NCBI GenBank assembly: GCA_049599475.1
Contig: JBMYOQ010000002.1
Span: forward strand, 95,795-159,794
From: Opitutales bacterium
GTDB taxonomy: Bacteria > Verrucomicrobiota > Verrucomicrobiia > Opitutales > JABSRG01
Length of the DNA: 64,000 bases
Direction of reading: 5' to 3'
Shown: positions 58,801-64,000 of the stretch, piece after piece
Position numbering within the stretch: the stretch's first letter is position 1
Layout of the letters: every line of letters begins with the position of its first letter
Notes under the pieces: generated by a model
Database searches by the model: none
Told to the model about the DNA's origin: nothing
What the model saw: the letters and a program-made list of their open reading frames with translations, nothing else
Made by a program: the position numbers and the translations under genes

Positions 58801-59580
58801 ATCTATTCTGCTGAGGCCAAACAGAGTAGGGTCAGGGCGGCCGTTAGAACGGGTGCGTTGTTGCCAATCTTCGAATTGGAAATTGGACGTATCGGGCTCC
58901 GGGTCTGTATTTATTTGAGCCTTTGCATTGTCGCCGCTTGTCCACCAGGCGATGCTCCCGGTCGTGGTCCCGTTTCGTTGAAGAGCTGTCGGGGTAATAT
59001 AGACTGCCTCTAATGGATTAGTAGAGATATCTATGCTCCCGCCCGCAACCATAGGTATTTGGTTGTTGCCGGGTGTGTGTGCTATTTCGCTACCAGCGGT
59101 TACACCTGAAGTATCATTTGGAAGGCCATTCACAGACGTTAGCCAGCCCAGGAACCGGCCATCGCTCCAATTGGTTTCTGTTGCTTGAGTTGGATCGCCG
59201 GGCCGTCGTTTAGCATCGTAATTTGGGGCAATGGGCTTGCCGTAATTCGAAGCATCTCGATCACTTGCTTCCCAACTGCGCCAGACTCCGGTGAGAGGGA
59301 CATTGTTGTCGTCGAGTACTTTGGAGCTGGCCGTGATTCGTGTGTCAGACCCCGTGAGCTGCTGCAGCTGACCTATAGCCATTTTGGCCGCTGTGACCGC
59401 ATTTTGACGTGCTTCGATTTGCGCATTTGAGGCATCGGCCACTTTAGATTCAACGCGGGTAATGCTTATCAGCGCAATAGTGATGAGAAGAAAAAAACTT
59501 ACTAAAGTAAGTGCAATGACGAGAGCAAATCCAGAGGGCGTTTCATTGCGTTGGCAGAAGATTGAGGGAGTCTTGACCAT
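55879..59580 (-). CDS. Giant PilX/GspK-like prepilin-type protein (Verru_Chthon cassette A-like)
   Basis: ORF to 59625 (TTG), ATG 59580 preferred. 'SG|FALVIALTLVSFFLLITIALISI' prepilin-like N-terminus without Glu5; 'ARQNA..A..MAIGQLQ..G.DTRITA'; C-terminal 'RGPFLSLSEFVNR', 'RDDTFTIRAYG', 'GRNYEIVSFRWLS'. Confidence 0.75.
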   Translation of the reverse strand: MVKTPSIFCQRNETPSGFALVIALTLVSFFLLITIALISITRVESKVADASNAQIEARQNAVTAAKMAIGQLQQLTGSDTRITASSKVLDDNNVPLTGVWRSWEASDRDASNYGKPIAPNYDAKRRPGDPTQATETNWSDGRFLGWLTSVNGLPNDTSGVTAGSEIAHTPGNNQIPMVAGGSIDISTNPLEAVYITPTALQRNGTTTGSIAWWTSGDNAKAQINTDPEPDTSNFQFEDWQQRTRSNGRPDPTLFGLSRIDDDFNTPRIPSDDMLNLFYDTSIPADDRLKFHDITTFSRGLLTNTAVGGWRKDLSLMTESFVSTSDAGEHSTTTSLPSFELPFYTSEPGKILTARKGDGETSGTIGALVYPWSDYRYGSAPKSHTGPIASWSHLVDYAMAYRDISIEGGVPSYGIIDNEDWPQIDGGSASTSYARDNFSNKIRVSPILGRLQLIFGISSVQELDNSDIPTGNYVPALTLSPAFTVWNPYNVEITIPANMRPTIRLRKQIASARIHINTITNSGNGFSNSLDDIFSNNFEFATPQQTLTLLPGETRIFGLDPAYGPIIEGTSTVDLVEGYDPSVSIRYMMDTNKSYAASETIIVERVTFDKQFNFNGGAQDGIGIRIEYNAGTANQSRARYNMQLADSVFSANTEYYPPIESINLGGAVGSIISLPEEFMSLTFANRAVSPLSTDRIDPANAFNYQNSKAFLQGHPLTHHVNIGESFEAGSQPDTTGSGNYHPIHSPFDISLRAFSEDYRPNQPPSSNSSYILTGYFPDTGLTRAIVAEIPTRPIQSLVDLTHWDARDNNPVPPFQFNLLGNASASPIIQQTNVSAPGVPGSEYEDFANDDSYLLNHLFFDDWFVSSISPREFENVGLSTIRTSLSDTYRDHLFGNQSLPNRFYHPTSAAKSSDIITTTSDIVSGSKIDIESEGDVSKYPFEYIASKLEVEGMFNVNSTSVKAWEALLRQARNQQVAIIDQSGQIVLDSPSSGASPFPRTSIAGDQDSASNSMESSVSFMDAAEFAGYRTLSDTEIEDLALEIVRVIKERGPFLSLSEFVNRQLSNDPEDAIAGTIQKALDNLANGDHASGSNSSNPFATLEDHFIPLDEASTIPGEPLDYAFAEAAKGSPSFGTPGWIRQADILRPIAPLLSARDDTFTIRAYGDKRDPSASNSILAQAWCEIVLTRRAEYVDHKTDAPEALPFSNTEMVSSINETLGRNYEIVSFRWLSEEEI

Positions 59581-59837
59581 GGTACTAAGTGGGGCTGCTT
59601 GCTCATCTGTAGAGAAGCATATCAATGAACGGGAGGGGATAGTTTGGATACTTTACTAAGCCTCGAGCTGTCAATTTTACCCGGGAGTGATTAAGCGTAG
59701 AGAAATTGTTCTAAAACGCCCTTACTGCTCAGCTTGTAAAGGCAGTCGCAGCGATTAAGCCAGATCCTAAGCAACGTAGGCAGCTGCGCAGCGACACGCA
59801 CGCCCTACTTTCTAAATAACCTAAAAGTTAGTAAATG

Positions 59838-59862
59838 GGTAGCCACCGATCTCCGAACGGTG
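59838..59862 (+). repeat. GTAG-type REP-like unit
   Basis: ggtagccaccgatctccgaacggtg, same 25-nt architecture as the 5794-5957 units. Confidence 0.5.
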
Positions 59863-59975
59863 GTGCTGCGATTAAGACCAAATCTTATACGCTATCTAAC
59901 ATTCACCGTTTCGATAGACACAAATCGCCCGACTGGGCATTCCGAGGGTCGGTGATCGCAGCCCCAAGTCACAAA

Positions 59976-60200
59976 TTAAAGAATTCCGCTCCGATAGGCT
60001 TGGCCGACTGCGGCAGGGGCGTTTTTCGCCCGTAGCTTTCTGTAGATGTGTTTCATATGGTAGTCTACAGTGGTCTCGGCGATATTGAGGCGATCAGATA
60101 TTTCTTTTCGGATAAAGCCTTCGGATAGGAGATTGAGAACTTGCCCCTCTCTTTTGGATAGGGGAGTGACCGGCTCGAGGAGATTTGTATGCGTATTCAT
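59976..60200 (-). CDS. Stand-alone LuxR/GerE-type HTH transcriptional regulator
   Basis: 'LSKREGQVLNLLSEG...KEISDRLNIAETTVDYHMKHIYRKL....AV..AYRSGIL'; ATG 60200 gives 74 aa with no receiver domain. Confidence 0.9.
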   Translation of the reverse strand: MNTHTNLLEPVTPLSKREGQVLNLLSEGFIRKEISDRLNIAETTVDYHMKHIYRKLRAKNAPAAVGQAYRSGIL

Positions 60201-60525
60201 TCTATTTTGAGGCCTAAACGGCAGCTTTACTTGGGTGAGCGTTTTTGTGTGTGAAGTCGCCCATCCTACGGATTTCAGGGGTGTTGCATTAGCATATATG
60301 GGACGAGCTTCCATCGCCACGCGTCATCGTGTGCATCTGCATGTGGATTATCCCCACACGTTCTATGTTTAGGAATGTAGTTCGATTATGTATTTTCAAA
60401 AACGCTGAAACTCTGGTCAGTTTTTAAAGTTTAATTATTAAACTAATGTTTCAGGTCGAAACATCAGCATCCGTCCCTCGCATTGCTTTGTGCAATGTCC
60501 TGTCCCTATCGCAACCCATCCCTAT

Positions 60526-61935
60526 ATGATCTCTAAGATCCTTCGCATATCCCTATTCTCGATCTGCAGCTGTGCTGCTTTGGCCGATGTTCACATGGCC
60601 AATGGTTTAAAAGTCGGTGAAGTCGACTCTACGAGTGCCATCGTGTGGACCCGTCTTACCGAAAACGCGGAACGCAATATAGATGGCAAGCCGTTTACCG
60701 ATAAAGATGGTAAGACATCAAAACGGCCCTCAGTCAAAAAGCAGCCGGCCTACCCTGACCTAGAAATTATGAAAGGAAGTGTCCTGGGAAAAACCGGTGA
60801 TGTGCGGGTGACCTACTGGCCGAGCGCTGATGTTGCACAGAAGCAGGCGACTGCATGGAAGCGTGTGACTTCTGAGACTGATTTTATTCATCAGTTCCAA
60901 CTGGTCGATTTGCAGCCGGGCACGGCTTACTCGTTGCTGGTCGAGGGGCGTGATGGTGGGTCCAATTGCCAACTTGAAGGAGGTTTTCGCACCGCACCCG
61001 CGGCCACGGTAGGCGATGATATTCGCTTTGTTGTGACTACCTGTGGGGATTATCCGAGACGCGACGACGATCTGAACGGTCACAAAATCTACACTCAGAT
61101 GCTCGGGCTCGATCCCGATTTCTTCGTCCATACTGGAGATATCGAATACTACGACAGGCCGTACCCTTATGCCGTGAATCTAGAATTGGCGCGATTCAAA
61201 TGGAATCGTATCTACTCGATGCCCTTTCTGCGGACATTCCATAATCAGGTTGCCAGCTATTTTATCAAGGACGATCACGATACGACAAAGAATGATTCCT
61301 GGCCAGGTGTGGGATTCCAGGATCTCACTTGGGAGCAAGGCTTACAGACCTTTCGGGAGCAGGTACCGATGGGTGAGAAAACGTATCGCACGATCCGCTG
61401 GGGAAAGGACCTCCAAGTGTGGTTGGTCGAGGGGCGTGATTTTAGGAGCCCTAATCGGAAAAAAGACGGGCCCGACAAGACTATTTGGGGCGCCGAGCAA
61501 AAGCAGTGGTTTTTCGATACCGTCCAGGCCTCAGATGCCACGTTCAAGGTCCTTATAAGCCCGACGCCGATCGTGGGCCCCGATCGTGATAACAAGAATG
61601 ATAATCACGCGAATAAAGGCTTCACCTATGAAGGGGATCAGATTCGTAAATTCGTCTCCGAGCAGGATAATATGTACATCGTATGCGGAGATCGCCACTG
61701 GCAATACGCTTCAATTCACCCCGCGACTGGAGTGCGCGAATTCTCCTGCGGTCCAGCTTCGGATATCCATGCCGGAGGGTATCGGGAAGACTTCCGCAAC
61801 GATATGCACCGCTACCTCAAGGTCCAAGGAGGATTCCTGCGGGTAGATGTCGATAGTGCGGGCCAAACAATTTATTTCCGCCACCATGCAGTCGACGGAT
61901 CGATTGCCAATGAAGAGAGTTTTGCGGCGAAGTAG
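60526..61935 (+). CDS. Alkaline phosphatase D (PhoD)-family protein
   Basis: ORF from 60490, ATG 60526 preferred. 'VGEVDSTSAIVWTR', 'FRTAP', 'FVHTGDIEYYD', 'DDHD', 'IWGAEQKQW', 'CGDRH'. Confidence 0.88.
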   Translation: MISKILRISLFSICSCAALADVHMANGLKVGEVDSTSAIVWTRLTENAERNIDGKPFTDKDGKTSKRPSVKKQPAYPDLEIMKGSVLGKTGDVRVTYWPSADVAQKQATAWKRVTSETDFIHQFQLVDLQPGTAYSLLVEGRDGGSNCQLEGGFRTAPAATVGDDIRFVVTTCGDYPRRDDDLNGHKIYTQMLGLDPDFFVHTGDIEYYDRPYPYAVNLELARFKWNRIYSMPFLRTFHNQVASYFIKDDHDTTKNDSWPGVGFQDLTWEQGLQTFREQVPMGEKTYRTIRWGKDLQVWLVEGRDFRSPNRKKDGPDKTIWGAEQKQWFFDTVQASDATFKVLISPTPIVGPDRDNKNDNHANKGFTYEGDQIRKFVSEQDNMYIVCGDRHWQYASIHPATGVREFSCGPASDIHAGGYREDFRNDMHRYLKVQGGFLRVDVDSAGQTIYFRHHAVDGSIANEESFAAK

Positions 61936-61972
61936 GCGGAGAGGGTGATCCGCTGCGCACCGAGTGCAGCCC

Positions 61973-62164
61973 CTAGAGTTCGTTGTCGAAAAATGATCGC
62001 AGGCCGATCCATCCCAGCCCTACGAGAAAGAGGACAAGCCCGACTATCGAGATAAAATTAATATCGATCTTGGTGCCAAGGCCCATGCCTCCCAGGCCGA
62101 TAAGAATTAGGACGACGGGCGCGAAGATTCGCATCAGCGAATCCAAGAAGTTATTGCTGCTCAT
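61973..62164 (-). CDS. Small membrane protein, two hydrophobic helices
   Basis: 63 aa with two TM-like segments; C-rich leader like other genes here. Confidence 0.5.
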   Translation of the reverse strand: MSSNNFLDSLMRIFAPVVLILIGLGGMGLGTKIDINFISIVGLVLFLVGLGWIGLRSFFDNEL

Positions 62165-62402
62165 AGTGTGGTGATTTTGAAGAAGGGGGGGAGGTCTGGC
62201 TGTAGAGTGGTGAAGCCAAACCAGATTCGGTTTTAGTGGTTAACCCCGAATCATAAAAGCTAAAGCGATCAGCGGGTTTAGATTTGTTTCTTTTTTTTCG
62301 GAAGGGGCTTTCTAATGGGGCTGCTCAAGCATCTTAAACCGTTACTGTGGGGCTGCTCTTTTTTTAGAATCTTTTATGGAATCACCTACCTTTGCATTAG
62401 AA

Positions 62403-62515
62403 GGTAGAGCCCGTTCACTGATCGGGCACGACTCAGCTTTAACCGCTTGAGGTGCCGATTTGCTTTCGTAGCGAGGGCTAACGCGCTCATGCCGGCTCGG
62501 TGACCCGGCGCTACA
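62403..62515. repeat. REPIN-like inverted pair of GTAG-type units
   Basis: 62403-62427(+) ggtagagcccgttcactgatcgggc and 62491-62515(-) tgtagcgccgggtcaccgagccggc. Confidence 0.55.
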
Positions 62516-62606
62516 CCTTAAATTACTCTAAAGGCGGCGACATTCGTCCTACCTTCGTGTTTTGAAACTGTTGGAACGAATGGGAATCAGTATTACTGAG
62601 CTCCCA

Positions 62607-63947
62607 TTATTTCATCCAGTGTAATTGCGGCCATTGGTTGCCTGTATCGTTGGCCTGCGGGGCGCCTGGAGTGCTGCGTCCGTTGAGCACAAATTTCTTA
62701 GCGACTGCGCGCAGGGCTTCTACCTTCTCAGGGAATTGTGCCTGCAGATTCGTCGTTTCTGAAGGGTCTTCCTTCATGTTGTAAAGCTGGATAGTTGGAA
62801 GGCCCTGTTCCTTTGCTTTTTTGTCGTTGAAAGTCCAGCCTCCGGAGCCTGCAACAAACATGAGCTTCCAGTCTCCCTGCCGAATCGCGAATTCGCCGCT
62901 GAAGGAGTGGTGAATGATCGCCTCATGTTCTTTGCTGGGATCCTTTTTCCCGATAAGCGCGGGGTAGAAACTCAAGCTGTCCTCGGCGGCATTGTCTGGG
63001 ATCTCGGTACCGACAATGTCAGCCATGGTATCGACGATGTCTCCCAAAACGGTGAGACGGTCTGTAGTCGAGCCAGCCTTGATCCTGGCAGGCCAGCGGA
63101 CGAGGTGAGGGACGCGGTGACCGCCGTCCCAGAGGTCGGATTTTGAGCCACGATAGATGCCGTTTGCCTTATGGCCGTGCGACTCCAGGTTTTTGAAATT
63201 AGCGGTTCGCGAGCAGCCGTTGTCAGCGGTGAAAATTACGATCGTATTTTCCGCAAACCCCTTTTCATCGAGAGCGTCTAGGATGCGGCCGACCCCGGCA
63301 TCCGTTTGCATGACGAAATCCGCATAGTCGCCAATTCCAGATTTTCCCTTCCACTCGCTGGTCGGAAGAATTGGTGTATGTGGACTGGTCAAGGGAACGT
63401 AGACGAAGAAGGGTTGGGAACCATCTTGTTTGCGGATGAATTGAGCTGTCCGGTCGCAAAATTCGTCGAGAGTTTGGAATGGGTCAAAGTTGTCGGCGAT
63501 CGGTCCCGAACGCATTTTCGACGGAACCTTGTAGTCTACTTCTGAAGGGAACTGGACCACTGTTTGCGAGGTGTAGTGGTTGTTCTCTATATAGACGTAG
63601 GGTGGGAAATCGAGGGATGCTCCATGCCCCCAAAAGTAATCAAAACCGTTGCTAGTCGGGGTGCGTTCGATGCGTTGAGACCAGTCTACTTGTGGCCCCT
63701 TACCTTTGGCTTTTCCTCCTTTGAACGGCAGGCTCATGCCCAGGTGCCATTTACCGATCATCGCAGTTTTATATCCATTCTCTTGTAGGAGGGATGCGAG
63801 AGTCAGGCGGTCTTCCGCGATCAAGGGAGGCCCGTAGCCGTTGAGCACGCCGCGTTTCAGGGTGGTTCGCCAGCTGTAGCGACCCGTGAGGACATTGTAA
63901 CGCGTGGGAGTGCATACCGAAGAGCTTGTATGCGCATCGGTGAAAAT
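62607..63947 (-). pseudogene. Arylsulfatase-like S1 sulfatase, 5'-truncated by an IS insertion
   Basis: Close paralog of 50470-52008 (FTDAH..VCTPTRYNV.TGRY) but lacks the signal peptide and the 'PN..ADD' segment. Homology stops at 63947, where the IS-like end begins. Confidence 0.85.
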
Positions 63948-64000
63948 TGTCATTTTGCGGGTTAAAGTGCACCACTCGTTTGCGGGTCAAAGTGCACCAC
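63948..64000. mobile_element. Terminal end of an IS21-family-like insertion sequence (continues beyond the window)
   Basis: Starts TGT, then two 22-bp direct repeats TTTGCGGGT[T/C]AAAGTGCACCAC (63954-63975, 63979-64000), the multi-repeat end layout typical of IS21. Transposase not in window. Confidence 0.75.

Noticed and set aside
257..63990. The many 60-205 aa overlapping or antisense ORFs (e.g. 22072-22689, 42818-43426, 42789-43295)
   Set aside because: They lie inside longer, motif-supported genes and show no recognisable features; treated as shadow ORFs.
63954..64000. 22-bp direct repeats as the start of a CRISPR array
   Set aside because: Only 3 nt separate the copies (no spacer), no cas genes are present, and the TGT start and gene interruption fit an IS end.
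1..64000. rRNA, tRNA, prophage or anti-phage defence genes
   Set aside because: None recognised; nearly all long ORFs are explained as secreted or periplasmic glycan-related proteins.

Overview
A gene-dense bacterial accessory region that looks like a sulfated-polysaccharide (fucoidan-like) degradation locus. Gene content suggests a marine Verrucomicrobiota/PVC organism (inference, not a database hit). It holds eight Cys-type S1 sulfatases, a GH95 alpha-L-fucosidase, a GH109, a Tat-exported Gfo/Idh/MocA oxidoreductase, two SGNH/SASA acetylesterases, two PhoD-like proteins, two DUF1961-like proteins and a beta-helix protein. It also holds several expanded uncharacterised secreted families (giant G8/beta-helix proteins, three putative beta-propeller families), a HExxH metallopeptidase-like protein, a PilX-like giant pilin with a partner, and a stand-alone LuxR HTH. 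The most striking structure: eight proteins end in a shared ~90-130 aa C-terminal module (DxDxDG..E..GT[DN]P..W..Y.[IL]E.S.[DN]L..W..[FY][YF]R[VI]), and four to five protein families occur both with and without it, the tagged copies more acidic and the untagged ones more Lys-rich. Also seen: a paired 18-bp palindromic operator at four or more promoters, GTAG-type REP/REPIN elements, one homopolymer frameshift, one lone in-frame amber stop, and an IS21-like end interrupting the last sulfatase. No rRNA, tRNA or CRISPR array was recognised. All family assignments come from motifs read by eye.
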